Positions 13,163-31,870 of a DNA stretch of 64,000 nucleotides are shown here, piece after piece. The number at the start of each line of letters is the position of its first letter. Position 1 is the stretch's first letter. Under the pieces are notes generated by a model. It made no database searches. It was not told where the DNA came from and worked only from the letters and a program-made list of their open reading frames with translations. A program made the translations under genes and the position numbers. This stretch comes from Dictyostelium discoideum (lineage: Eukaryota), in the NCBI GenBank assembly GCA_000004695.1, contig CM000153.2, positions 224,001-288,000 of the forward strand, given 5' to 3'.

Positions 13163-14614
13163 TTAATGGATTTTAATATTTAATAAAGAAATTATTATTA
13201 AAATAATAGCTAACAATTGATATGAAACATATTTACTATCAACTGAACCATTTGGATGATCATCATCACCAGTGGTAGAAGTATGAGTGGTTTCACCGGT
13301 GGTTGTAATTGAAGAAGAGGTTGAAGATGTTGTTGTTGTTGTTGTTTTTTTAGAACAAACTGTTTTAGAACCAAAAGTTATAAAACAATCTTTACAAATT
13401 GGATTTTTTTCAAAAATCTCACTACCATTATTATTTGATGTAAATGAAATTGATGATCCTGTGCAATCAATTAATTGATCATCATTTGAATTGCCGGAAT
13501 ATTTAAAAGTATTTAATTCGTATATTACATTTGAATTCAATGATTTGATGATTGGTTTGTTATTACTATTTGAAAATTCGTTTGAAATGAATGAAATACT
13601 AGATTTATTTGATTCTACCAAAACACCATCAAAGTTATTAAAAGAATTTAATGTAATTGTAGCAATATTTACGTTATTTGAAATTTTTAACAAACAAGCA
13701 GGAGTTGAACTTTTTGGACCTATAATTTGATTAAAAGTTGAAGATTCAATTGATATGTCCTTTGCCTCAATAAAATATAACTTTTGGGTTTTAATACCAA
13801 AAGAAACTTGATTAAAAGCACATTCAAATATTGTTTTTTTTGAATCTATCTCTTCAACAATAAAAGAATCGTCAAATGATACTGAATTGAATTTTGTAAG
13901 TGTAAAGGATGTTGTGTAATTTCTGGAAAAAAATGAATTTTCTCTGAAAGTAACATTTTCAAAAATTGATCTTTCAAAACTAATTGAATTTACATCTTTT
14001 GATTCTCCATATCCTGAGAATCTCAAGTTTGTAGAATTTAAAAATTTACATCTCTCAAAAATATATTGTGTTTCCATCTTTCCATATACAGTATCTGAAT
14101 GTAAGATGTCATAGTCAAGGCTGAAAAAGTTTACAAAGGCAACATTGGATACTTTTAAATATGTTTTTGAAGAAGGTGGGTTATCACCTTTATTATCAAA
14201 ATCAATCAAATAATTTTGGATATCAGATCCATCAATAATGACATCATTAGAGTTTGAAGTGTATGTTGAAATTGTTATATTTAAACCCAATCCACTATGT
14301 ATATAATTTACTTTACCAGGATATGTTCCATCTGCTAATTTCAAAACCAATGTAGAATTAATGTTTTCTGGTTTGCTATTATATTCATGGAAATATTTCA
14401 CAGCGTCCACAATATTGTTACACGAGTCTTCAAAAGAACTACCACATTCACTTGAATATGAATTGATTTTGTTAGAATCAACAATTAAATTTAAAATTGT
14501 AGGGTTGGCATTTGGACTAGAACCTAAATTTGAACTGGATTTAATAGCAGAAACAAATAAAACACAAACTAATAATATGATAATATTAAATTTTCTTGAT
14601 AACATTTTTTTCAA
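13163..14614 (-). CDS. secreted/membrane glycoprotein (483 aa) with a poly-Thr stalk and C-terminal hydrophobic anchor; possible beta-helix repeats
   Basis: Single ORF with signal peptide MKKMLSRKFNIIILLVCVLFVSAIKSS. It has many NxS/T sites, the stalk ...CSKKTTTTTTSSTSSSITTTGETTHTSTTG and the tail ...YQLLAIILIIISLLNIKIH. Confidence 0.6.
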   Translation of the reverse strand: MKKMLSRKFNIIILLVCVLFVSAIKSSSNLGSSPNANPTILNLIVDSNKINSYSSECGSSFEDSCNNIVDAVKYFHEYNSKPENINSTLVLKLADGTYPGKVNYIHSGLGLNITISTYTSNSNDVIIDGSDIQNYLIDFDNKGDNPPSSKTYLKVSNVAFVNFFSLDYDILHSDTVYGKMETQYIFERCKFLNSTNLRFSGYGESKDVNSISFERSIFENVTFRENSFFSRNYTTSFTLTKFNSVSFDDSFIVEEIDSKKTIFECAFNQVSFGIKTQKLYFIEAKDISIESSTFNQIIGPKSSTPACLLKISNNVNIATITLNSFNNFDGVLVESNKSSISFISNEFSNSNNKPIIKSLNSNVIYELNTFKYSGNSNDDQLIDCTGSSISFTSNNNGSEIFEKNPICKDCFITFGSKTVCSKKTTTTTTSSTSSSITTTGETTHTSTTGDDDHPNGSVDSKYVSYQLLAIILIIISLLNIKIH

Positions 14615-14689
14615 TTTATTTTTTTTTATATTTAAATAAATGATTTGATGTTTTTTTTTTTTTTTTTTTTTTAAATTTATACTAAAATT

Positions 14690-15310
14690 TTTAATGTTGA
14701 TAAAAAAAGAATTCTTATTTTTTTTCTATAATCTTAGAGAATAAAGAATAAAAATTGGATACCAAACCACACTTTCAGATATTAATTTTTAAATTTACCG
14801 AAATAAGCCATATTTATAAAATTTTTTCCTTTTTTTTTCCTCAATGGTTTTTTTTTTTTTTTTTTTCTTTCAAAAGAAACCACCAAAATTTTGAATTTTA
14901 TTTGAAAATGTTATTTTTTATAATATGGTAATCTTTTTTTAATTGTTATATTGATCGAACTCTCTTGGAGAAGTGGATATATATTTGATTTTTTTTTTTT
15001 TTTTTTATTTTTTTTTTTTTTTAATAATCAAAGAAAAATGATTTAAAAATTTTTTTGGGTAAATGGAGATAAAATTTAGAACACCTTTCAAATTATTCTA
15101 AAATTTTATTGTTCTTTAAAAAAAGAATTAATTTTTTTTTTTCTATAATCTTGGATAATAAAGAACAAAAAAAATGGATATCCAAACACACTTTCAGATA
15201 ATAATTTTTAAATATACCGAAACAAGCCATAATTTAAAATTTTTTATTTTTTGCCACAGATTTTTTTTTTTTTTTTTTTTTTCTTGCAAAGGAAATCACC
15301 CAAAAAAAAA
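14690..15310. repeat. two ~200-bp direct repeats (14690-14900 and 15112-15310) in the upstream region of the 13163-14614 gene
   Basis: Both copies share ...ttctataatcttagagaataaagaataaaaattggataccaaaccacactttcagatattaatttttaaatttaccgaaataagccata..., at roughly 85% identity. Confidence 0.8.
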
Positions 15311-15628
15311 AAAAAAAAATTAAAAAATTTAGTCTTTTCAAGAGAAAAAAAAAATTAGCAATTTTTTATTAATGTTCCAGGGAAATTTCAATAAAATATC
15401 TTTCCACTGAGCAGTGAATTTTTTTTTTTTCATTTTATTTTTTTATTTTTTTTTTAAGTTTGTCACAAAAATAAGTGAATACTAAATAAGTGAATTAAGA
15501 CACTTTATTGTTGACACACATTTAAATAATAACAATAGTAATTCTATCAACTCAATATAAAATAAAAAATAAAATTTATAAAATATAAAGTTATCAAATT
15601 TATAGTAGTATTATTCAATCAAATAAAT

Positions 15629-15659
<31 letters not shown>

Positions 15660-16366
15660 TAATAATGAAAATATAATTTTCTCTGCTGATGGGAAAGGTT
15701 TATCATTTAGAAATTCAAACATTTACTCTTATTAGTTCATGGTAATAATTTAACAAAAGCTATCAGATATAGTTAGAAACTAATGTAACTGCAACAGAGT
15801 TACTTGAAGAAATCAAAGATAATTTTGGAATGGGAGATAGCGATGAATTAACTGAATTAACAAAGTTAGGTGAATATAGAAACAGAAGCACAAGCAACAA
15901 CAACAACATCAACAACAACAACAATACCACCAACAACACCACCAACATCAACATCAACAACAGCAATAGTAGCACCAACAACCAATTCAATAAGTTTATA
16001 AAGTTTAAATTCTGTTAATGGAGCAAATAGTATTGGTTGTGTATAAGAAAATAGTGGATATTAGTAATATTTTAGGTGGTAGAGAGGTCAGATTTTAGTA
16101 AATTTTTCAAAATCAAATTCAATAACATTATATTAGATTTGATAGTGTTAATGCAGCATCAGCACTAGTGATTGGTAAAAATCAAGATTTCCAATCTTTT
16201 AATAATAATGTGTAAACAATGAATAAATAAATAAGTTTTAATTCATTGTTAACTTTATTAAATTAAAACATAAATTTCTTTTTTCTTTTTATTTTTTTTT
16301 ATTAAAAATATTATTGTCATTTATTAAGTTAATTTCAATTCGTCTTAAGTGATCAAATGTCAACAA

Positions 16367-16430
16367 AGCCATATTAATTCATCCATATTAATTTCTAAAG
16401 ACAGGTTGTTTGTGCGTGCTGAAATTAATA
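16367..16430. repeat. inverted repeat/hairpin: ccatattaatttc ... gaaattaatatgg (13-bp stem, ~25-nt GC-rich loop)
   Basis: Perfect 13-bp reverse-complement arms are seen directly in the sequence. An extra partial copy, catattaattcat, lies immediately 5'. Confidence 0.7.
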
Positions 16431-17039
16431 TGGTAACTTTGGCATGGGACATATATTGGACCAAAAAAAAAAAAAAAAAAACAATTTTATTTGATAGAAA
16501 AAAAATGGCTCCCTTAATTATAATATTAAATTATCAAAATATTTTAAAAAAAAAAAAAAATTAAATTTATTGTCAATCAGACTATATAAATTGCTTTTTT
16601 TTTTCCAAATTATAAAAATAAAAAAATTTAAAACATAAAAAAAAAAAAAAAAAAAATTGGTGTTGTTGATGTTGCTTGTGCTTCTGTTACTAGTAAATAA
16701 ATTTGTAAAAATTGGCACAAAGGAAATTCTATGATTCCATACTACATTAAAAATTTAATAAACATTCTAAAAAATTCTTCTTTTGAATCTTTTTTAAAAT
16801 TTAAAAAAAAAAAAAAAAAACCCATTTTTTAAAGAATTAAACCCACGAAATAATGACATCATTAAATTTGGAAACTTATATATAAAAATAAAAATAAAAA
16901 TAAAAATAAAAATAAAAATAAAAATAAAAAAGGATTAACAATCTTCATATATCTTTTTTGGTAACTTTTATTCATTTTTTTTAATAATTTTTGAGATTAA
17001 TTATAATAAAATCAATTTGAAAAAAAGTTGCTCATTTAA

Positions 17040-18540
17040 ATTGAAACTACAATTTACATTAAAATATTAACCTTTTTTGAAGTCAGTTTCAATCTAAGTT
17101 CTTTTATTAAATTTCTATCATGTTTTTTCTTGTAGTAACTATAAATAGTAATTGTTGATACTGTGAGAATTCGTAAGAAACCACAAACTACAATTGCTGA
17201 AATTTTGGTTTTTGAAAAATTACTTGAATCATTTAATGAACAAATTGAATTAATAGAATTTTAAGGTGTACCAACTAATATTGAAAAGTTAGGATCAATT
17301 ATAATTTGTTTTTTGAAGTTTGGTACAGAAATACCAATAAATGATTGAGATTGAGATGCACTATCAACAATATTCATTGATGAATCTTATTGAACATTTT
17401 CAATTGATCTTGGAATTGAATCGATTAATGCACTTTTAATGAATCTACCATATAATGAATGATGGATTTGAAGAATTAATTGATGGTTGAGGAATAATTA
17501 CAATTTTAGACTTAAAATCATTCCTTATCCATGGTGAAATACATGAACAACCTGATGATAAACATACACCTTGTTCGGTCCACCACAATTATTAAAACAT
17601 TATTTTGGCGGGTTTGTTGTTATTGGTGCAAAGTATTGAAATAATTTTTCAACTTTAACTTGTAAATCTCTTTCTTGAAGTGAAACATCTTTAAAACCAG
17701 AACCTTCTCCTAAATCAAATTTAATTAAAGTTTCATTAATTTGTTGAGTATTATTGCAATGACTATCACGAATTTGAATAAATAAATTTGAAAATGTATT
17801 ACCAAAGTATCCATATAAATAAGCTGTTCCTCCATTTTCGTAAGTTGAGTTAATCGAGTCAATATAGATCCTTGGGTTTTCAACAACAGTTCCATTTGTT
17901 TGGTTATCACATGCACAAACACCAATTGATAAATCACATACACCGTGGGATTGAGAACAATTATTTAAGCACAGGGTAAATGTATATTCAAATAAAAATG
18001 GTGAAAGGTATGAAGATATTCCATCTGTTATTGTAATAGATTGATTGCCAGAACCTGGAGGTGTTAAAATTTCAATTTTCGTTGGATTTATTAATTTCGT
18101 ATATTCACATTTTAAATCTCCAATAAAAACTTCAAAATTTGGAACAATTGATCCAAAATCCCCAAATAAATAACCCCTACCACCATTGAGATTACTTGGG
18201 TAATATTGATTTTCAATGATTCACAAGTTTCACCAGTTGTATATTGATCACATTGACACTTTCCATTATAACAAGAGGAATGATTTTGTGCGCAATTATC
18301 ACAATCACAAAAATCTTTACTATCCATTCTAATTTCGTAGTGACATTGTTGGCTCTCTGATGCCGAAATAACAGATATACCCGAAACATTTTTTTTACAA
18401 TTAAAATGAAAATCTGTGACTCTTTTTAAATTTTCATTAGATACTGAACCAGGACATTCAATAACATTTGCATCTGATTTATATCTAATTTGCATAAATT
18501 TAAGAAAAAAAAAATAAAAAAAAATTACCTCACCCAACTA
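17040..18540 (-). pseudogene. truncated, frameshifted paralogue of the downstream IPT/TIG-EGF membrane protein gene (C-terminal TM exon and N-terminal Cys-rich region retained; internal ~490 bp and repeat units deleted)
   Basis: 17040-17470 aligns to 19310-19740 and 17470-17700 aligns to 20230-20440. 17700-18540 aligns to 20460-20760 joined to 21480-22000. The copy has in-frame stops (taaggtgtacc versus gaaggtgtacc) and indels (tttcaatgattcacaag versus ttttcagttgattacaag). Only short ORFs remain (18112-18537 encodes ...CHYEIRMDSKDFCDCDNCAQNHSSCYNGKCQCDQYTTGETC). Confidence 0.7.
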
Positions 18541-18597
18541 ATTATGTTGTAGAGAATATATTTCAACCCTACAGACTGTAGTGAAAAAGTCCTAAGG

Positions 18598-18721
<124 letters not shown>

Positions 18722-18989
18722 CAATAAATTAATAATATAAAAAAGTAATAAATTAAAAATAAATAATAATAATAAAATAAAAAAATAATAAAAATAATAA
18801 TAATATATAAAAAAATATTTAAAATAATAATAATAAAAAAAAATTACTTAAAAATCTTATCTTATCTAATAAAAAACCAAAGAAAATAAAAAAAACCAAA
18901 TTAAAAAAAAAAATTCTAAAAACCTAAGAAAACAAAAAAAACTAAAAAATATAATTAAAAACAAATTATATTAAATAAGAGTAGGCGTG

Positions 18990-19128
<139 letters not shown>

Positions 19129-19330
19129 AATAATTATTATTTAAATAAATAAATAAAAATAAAAAAAAAGAAAGAGATATAGATTTGTTACTACTTTTTA
19201 TTATTATAATTATTAATATTGTTATTTTCAATTAAATAATTATACTCTTAAAAAAAAAATTTTTATATCTCCAATTAATATTAAAATCTGTTTAAAATAA
19301 AAGTTGATCATTTAAATTGGAAACTAGAAT

Positions 19331-22238
19331 TTACATTAAAATATCAACTTGTTTTGTAGTCATTTTTAATCTTAGTTCATTTATTACATTTCTATCATGT
19401 TTTTTCTTGTAGTAGCTATAAATTGCAATTGTTAATACTGTGAGAATTCCAAAGAAACCACTAATTACAATTGCTGAAATTTTGGTTTTTGAAAAATTAT
19501 TTGAATCATTTAATGAACAAATTGAATTAAAAGAATTTGAAGGTGTACCAACTAATATTGAAAAGTCAGGATCAATTATAATTTGTTTTTTGAAGTATGG
19601 TACAGAAATACCAATAAATGATTGAGATTCAGATGCACTATCAACAATATTCATTGATGAATCTAATTGAACATTTTCAATTGATCTTGGAATTGAATCG
19701 ATTAATGCTCTTTTAATGAATCTACCATATAACGAATGATTATCAACTTGAACTTTTAAATAATTTGAATCATCTCCATTTGATGTTTCTCCAAATTCTT
19801 TATCTGCACAAATTTCACTTGTTTTATTTACTGAAATCGATGCTTTCATTATTAATTGTAGTTGATTTAATTTACTTAAAAATTTAAATTCTGAAATTTC
19901 AATTGTATATTTAATAGATGATGGGTTCATTTTAATAACTTGATTACCAAATTCAAAGTCAGCTTCTGTTTTAAACCATTGTAATGTTACTGTAACATTT
20001 GTATTTAATCCTGAATTTTTAAAGTTTGTTTTAAATTGGCTTGTTTCTGAATTTATTATTTTAAATTCCCATTCTTTAAATGTAAATGAATTTACTTCTT
20101 TAGAATTAAAATCTAATTCTCTTAATTTTACTATTGAAATTAAAGAAATAAATAATTTATTTTCAATTTCTTTATTTGTATTGTTAATTGATTCAAAAAG
20201 TGGTATTTCAGTTATTGGATTTGAATAATTAATAGATGGTTGAGGAATATTCACAATTTTATACATACAGTCATTCCCTATCCATGGTGAAATACATGAA
20301 CAACCTGACGATAAACATACACCTTGGTTGGGTCCGCCACAATTATTTAAACATGGTTTTGGAGCGTTTGTTGTTATTGGTGCAAAGTATTGAAATAATT
20401 TTTCAACTTTAACTTGTAAATCTCTATCTTGAAGTAAAACATCTTTAAAACCTGAACCAATTCCAACATAACATTTTATTAGAGTTTCATTAATTTGTTG
20501 AGTATTGTTGCAATGATTATCACCAATTTGAATAAATAAATTTGAAGTTGTATTACCAAAGAATCCATATAAATAAGTTTTTCCTCCATTTTCATCAGTT
20601 GGGTCAATTGAGTCGATATAGATTCTAGAGATTTCACAACCTGTTCCATTAGTTTGACTATCACATGTACAAAAACCCGTAAATAAATTACATTCTCCAT
20701 GAGGTTGAGAACAATTATATAAACAAGGAACATTTATATATTCAAATAAAATTGGTGAAAGATATGAAGATACTCCATCTGTTATTGTAACATTTTTAAA
20801 ACCAACTCCAGGAGGTACTGAAATTCTAATTGTTGTTTCATTTACCAATTCAATTTCAGTACCTAATGTTTCACCAACAAAAATAGTGAAATTTGGAATA
20901 ATAAATTGGAATTCACCATTTATATAACCAACTCCACCAATAATTGTTGTTGAAATTATTGAATCAATTTTAATATTTAAAAATTCACAACCTATTCCAT
21001 TGGTTTGATTATCACATGTACAAACACCTAAAAATAAATTACATTCTCCATGAGGTTGAGAACAATTACCTAAACAAGGAACATTTATATATTCAAATAA
21101 AACTGGTGAATCGTAGGATGAAATTCCATCTGAAATATTAACTTTTTTAAATCCATTATCTGGTAGTACTGAAATTCTAATAGTTGTAGCATTTACCAAT
21201 TCGACATCTGTACATAATGTTTCACCAACAAAAACTTTGAAATTTGGTGTCATAAATCGAAAATCACCATTTAAATAACCAACTCCACCATTAATAGTTG
21301 TTGATATAATTGAATCGATTCTTATATTTAATAATTCACAATTTGTTCCAAAAGTTTGATTATTACATGAACAAACCCCAATTGCTAAATCACAATTTCC
21401 ATGAGGAGGAGAACAATCATTTAAGCATGTAGTAAATGTATATTCAAATAAAATTGGTGAATGGTATGAAGATATTCCATCTGTTATTGTAATAGATTGA
21501 AAGCCAGAACCTGGAGGTGCTAAAATTTCAATTTGTGAAGGATCTATTAAACTCGTATATCCACATTGTATAACACCTATAAAAACTTGAAAATTTGAAA
21601 CAATAGACCCAAAATCCCCAAATAAATAACCCCTACCACCATTAATAGATGTTGAGATTACTTGGGCAATTTTAATTTTCAGTTGATTACAAGTTTCACC
21701 AGTAGTATATTGATCACATTGGCATCTCCCATTATAACAAGATGAATGAATTTGTGCACAACTATCACAATCACAAAACTCTTTACCAACCATTCTAATT
21801 TCGTAGTGACATGGTTGGGTCTCTAATGCGAAAACAACGGTTTTTTCGGGAACATCTTTATCGCAAGTAAATAGGAAATCGGTGACTCTTTTATATTTCT
21901 CATATGCTGTAGGGTCAGCACAAGTTGAAAGAGCTCCATCAACAACTGTGGCTTTATATGTAACTTGTATTATATTATCGCTAAAAATAACATTAAAAAG
22001 AGAACCTAAATCGAATATTTCACTTGAAGAAAGTTTTTGGCAAATATTAATCCCTATTCCATTACATTCAACCAAAGGGGAATTTGTACAAAAGTCAAAA
22101 TAAATATTAGATTCATATGTACCAACAAAACCCATATCAACAACATATCTTATATTTTTAAAAAAAAAAAAAAAATTAATAAAATTATTAATAAAAAACA
22201 ACTAAAATATATACTTATACTTACGGTTGGGTGGTTCT

Positions 22239-22287
<49 letters not shown>

Positions 22288-22513
22288 ATATAAAATTAAT
22301 ATATAATTATAATATAATATAAAAATTATTTTCTAACAACCTAAAAAAACTATATTATTATTGTTTTTTATTTTATTTTAATAAAACTTACAAATTAAAA
22401 ATTGGTTCAAAATCAATCACTGAATCTTTAATTGCATTTTTAAAACTACATATTGATCCATTGATATTAAAAAATGAACTAAAAAATATATAAATAAATA
22501 AATATATTTGCAT
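19331..22513 (-). CDS. type-I membrane protein with an N-terminal Cys-rich/EGF-like region, three or four tandem IPT/TIG-plus-EGF-like units, a TM helix and a short cytoplasmic tail (tgr-like architecture); exon 1 ~22392-22513 (signal peptide), exon 2 ~19331-22148
   Basis: Exon 1 reads ATG-MQIYLFIYIFFSSFFNINGSICSFKNAIKDSVIDFEPIFN, then a gtaag donor. The acceptor ...ataag|ATATGTTGTTGATATGGG joins in frame to the 956-aa ORF. The repeated unit is IDSIISTTINGGVGYLNGDF...FKVFVGETLCTDVELVNATTIRISVLPDNGFKKVNISDGISSYDSPVLFEY (IPT/TIG consensus) followed by CLGNCSQPHGECNLFLGVCTCDNQTNGIGCE (EGF-like). The TM segment is AIVISGFFGILTVLTIAIYSYYKKK. Confidence 0.65.
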
Positions 22514-23365
22514 TTTTCTTCTTCAAAAAAAAAAAAAAAAAAAAAAAAATTTAATTTTATATGCACAATTAAATTTTGTTGTTTGTAATTTTTTTTTTTT
22601 TTTAGAAATTTAATGATTAAGAAAATATATATATATTTTCTGTTATTATATAATTAAGGATTGGATTTGGTTTTTATGAAAAAAAAAAATTTATTTTTTT
22701 TTTCTTTTTTTTTTTTTTCTGCTATTCTTTTCTTTTTTTTTTATTAAACCCTTTCTTAAAAAAAAAAAAAATCAATTCCATTATGAAAACATTGTGTTAT
22801 TTTAAAGGTTTTCTCTTTTAGGTTTTAATTTTTTATGTTAGTGGACAGTTTTTGACCAATTAAAAAAAAAAAATTAGGCCATTTTTATTAAAAAAAGATT
22901 TTTTGGATTTTGTATGTTAAAAAAAAAAGAGGCAAACCCATCGGCGCACATAAAACCACCCTTAGGATTTTGAAAGTTGGCAACCAATCCATTTTTTTTT
23001 TTTTTTTTTTTTTATTAATTTATTTTCTTTTAAAGAATTACGGAAAACATTAAAAATTTATTTAAAGAAACACTATTTTTAGATTAATGTTTAGCAACAA
23101 GTTGTTTCTGAAAATTTGAAATTGATTAAAACATTTAAGACAACAACAAATAAAATGAATATTGTTTAATTATTTTGAAATAAAATTTTAACCATATTTT
23201 TATTTATAAATTTTGAATTTAATAATTATCTTTTATATAATTATTTTTATTATTTTTATTGTTTCTTTTATTTTATTTATTTAATATATTTTTCTTTTCT
23301 TTTTTTTTTTATTTCTTTTTCTTTTTTTTTTTTTATTTCCTTTTTTTTTATTTATTTATTTAAAT

Positions 23366-28971
<5,606 letters not shown>

Positions 28972-29405
28972 CTGATATATTTATATATATATGTATATAT
29001 TTCTATTTTTATATTTCTATTTTTATATTTCTATTTTTATATTTCTATTTTTATCTATATCTATTTATAAAATCTATCTATATCTATCTAATTATACAAA
29101 AAAAATAAAAAAAATAAAAAAAAAAAAAATCCCTTTTTTTTTTTTTTTTTTTTTCTTTATTCTAATAACTTCATAAATTGTTTGTGTTTTTTAAATGAAT
29201 AAAAAAATTATTACTTTATTTATTCTAAAATAATTATACGTATAAATTGTGTTTATTAGTATAAATAAGTTGTACTATATAAAATTAAAAGATATAAAGG
29301 GGTCAAAAAAAAAAAAAAAAATATAATAAAAAAAAAAAAAAATAAAAAAAAAAATGTGTGGGGTAAAAAAAAAAAATAAAAATAAAAAAAACAAAAATAA
29401 AAATA

Positions 29406-29437
<32 letters not shown>

Positions 29438-29542
29438 AAATGAAATACTATTTTTGATTATATGGATTTAAACCTGTGAATTATAGTTTTTTTATTATAA
29501 TTATTTTTTTGCAATTAATTTTATTATTATTACACACTTTAT

Positions 29543-29575
<33 letters not shown>

Positions 29576-29697
29576 CACCTAACAATAATATGTTGTTATT
29601 TTATTTTATTTTTTTTTTTTTTTGTTTTTTTTAATTTTTTATTTTATTTTTAATTATTTTTTTAATTATTATTATTTAAATCTCGATTTTATGGTTT

Positions 29698-29805
29698 TGT
29701 GTGTGAGTGTGTGTGAGTGTGAGTGTGAGTGAAAAATAAAAAATGTATAATGTGTCATGGTGTCTTTTCACCTCTACCACTCTCTCTTTCTCTCTCTTTT
29801 TCTCT
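29698..29805. repeat. (GTGTGA)n-like GT microsatellite plus a CT-rich tract in the PI3K upstream region
   Basis: gtgtgtgagtgtgtgtgagtgtgagtgtgagtg, then ctctctctttctctctctttttctctg. Both are unusual in otherwise >85% AT intergenic DNA. Confidence 0.9.
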
Positions 29806-30129
29806 GAAACTACCACTAACCAACTTAAACCTTCATATGATTATTATCATTTTTATTTTATTTTATTTTAGTTTTTTTTTAATTTTTTTTTTTTTTTAAT
29901 TTTTTTTTTTTTTTTGATCACAAAACTGGAATGTGGTGGGTGAGTGTGTTGTCGTTGGGCTGTTGTTATTTTATTCAAATAAAAAGATAACAAAATATAT
30001 ACAATATATAAAGTAAAAATAAAAGTAAATAATAAAAATGAATTGTTTCTTTACTTTTTTTTTTTTATTGCTATCAAATAAAAATTCTTTTAAAAAAAAA
30101 AAAAAATCTGACTGCAATCGTTATTAGCC

Positions 30130-30160
<31 letters not shown>

Positions 30161-30269
30161 AAAAAAAAAAAAAAAATCAATTTTTTTATTTTTTTTTTTA
30201 TTTTTTTTTTTTTTTTTTGTTCTTTTTTTTTTTTTTTTTTTTGGTTCTGTTTTTGGGTACCATAAATAA

Positions 30270-30310
<41 letters not shown>

Positions 30311-30486
30311 AAATTGAGGGGTGGTTAGAATATATAAAAATCTCTGCATTAAATATTTCTTATTTTAAAATAAAAAAAAAAAAAAAAAATAATATGTATT
30401 GATTTATTTTTAAGCTTTTATTTAAAAAATATTTTACACACAACCAAACATGTTTGGTTTTTCTTTTTTTTGATACTTTTATAATA

Positions 30487-31258
30487 TTATAATTCTAAAT
30501 TTGAAAGGTAATTTTTATAAATTGAATGAGAACTATTCAAAATTATGAGAGCTAAATGTGATGTGTCTCTTCCCTTTTCGTAATATCTATCGGCCAATCT
30601 TAATGATTTAATATATTCATCATTATCAGCAGAAATTGGTACTGGAAATGGGAAACCGTATGAAAACAGTACCAAATTAGCCAAGATACGGCCCATTCTA
30701 CCATTACCATCAATAAATGGATGTATGCTAACAAAAGCATGTAAGAGCCAAGCTGCAACTGCATATGGTGATGATTTAGTCGTTGGTCGGTATTGATTGT
30801 ATTTCTGGACCAACCCCAACATTGTTTTCTCGATAAGCTCAGGTGTCATAAATATTCTTTGTCCTGCAAAAACATCTTCTTCTCTGTACACTCCATCACT
30901 CACAATAATACCTTTCATTAACATGCTGTGCCATTTCTTTATACTCTCTACAGTAAGCATATCATGTCTTTGTGAAAAAAGAAACACTTCTTTCAATACC
31001 ACATAATGTTGTATGATCTCTTGTTTTCAATGCACCCGAATCTAAACTTGTACCATTACCAATAAAGTTTTGAATCATTTCGGTTGTTTCCTCAATTGTG
31101 TGGTTTATATTTTCAATTTTGTTTGATTGATAAACACAAATAGCAGCAGCAGAATTCCAAAAATTTATATCACCATCACACTTGAATGATGATTCATTTT
31201 CCTTTATTTTACATTCAATTTCACTGGTTTTATCTTTATTATTTGGTTCTTTAAACAT
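30487..31258 (-). CDS. Fic-domain protein (class II Fic/AMPylase-type with N-terminal inhibitory helix), ~257 aa; reading frame broken by 1 nt in a T6 run at ~30975
   Basis: The ATG block 30962-31258 contains SNKIENINHTIEETTEMI, the (S/T)xxxE(G/N) inhibitory motif. The block 30487-31002 contains the HPFIDGNGRMGRILANLVLF core. The two blocks overlap in adjacent frames; removing one T from cttttttc joins them as ...GIERSVSFSQRHDMLTVESIKKWH.... Confidence 0.6.
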
Positions 31259-31287
31259 TTTTAATAATTATTATTAATTTGATATCA

Positions 31288-31322
<35 letters not shown>

Positions 31323-31870
31323 ATGTTGTTTTTTTTATTTAAAAAAATTTTTTTTTTCTGTGAATAATAATAATTATTCTTTTGAAAAAGTAAATTTGTT
31401 GTACATAAAAAAAAGAATTTTTTTATTTTTATTTTTTTTTCTATTTAAATATTTTTTTTTTTATTTATTATTTATTTTTATATGTGTTTTGTTTTTTTTT
31501 TTTTTTTTTCGTTCTCCATTCTATTTAAATTTATTAATTGTCATAAATGTTTGTAAACTTTTTCTCATATACCTTTCCAATAAAATTGTAAAGTCTTTCA
31601 TAACAAATGAACAAATTACAACTGAAAAGAATTCACCAACACGACGCAAACGATTTGAAAGACTACTATGTCCAATACTTTCACAACAATTCATCCAACT
31701 TTCTAAAAATTGACTTTCTTCAAAAACTGAATTTAATAAACCTATATAATCTTGACCTTCCCTATATATATATTATATATTATATATTTTTATTTTTTTT
31801 ATTCATTAATAATTTAATCATTATAATGATGATGACGATGATGATGACTATTTGAATAATAATAAACAAC

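Noticed and set aside
15763-16018. Overlapping plus/minus ORFs of 62-75 aa (poly-N and poly-L)
   Set aside because: They mirror the same (AAC/AAT)n tract. No splice signals or conserved motif are present. They may be a small low-complexity exon, but they are unsupported.
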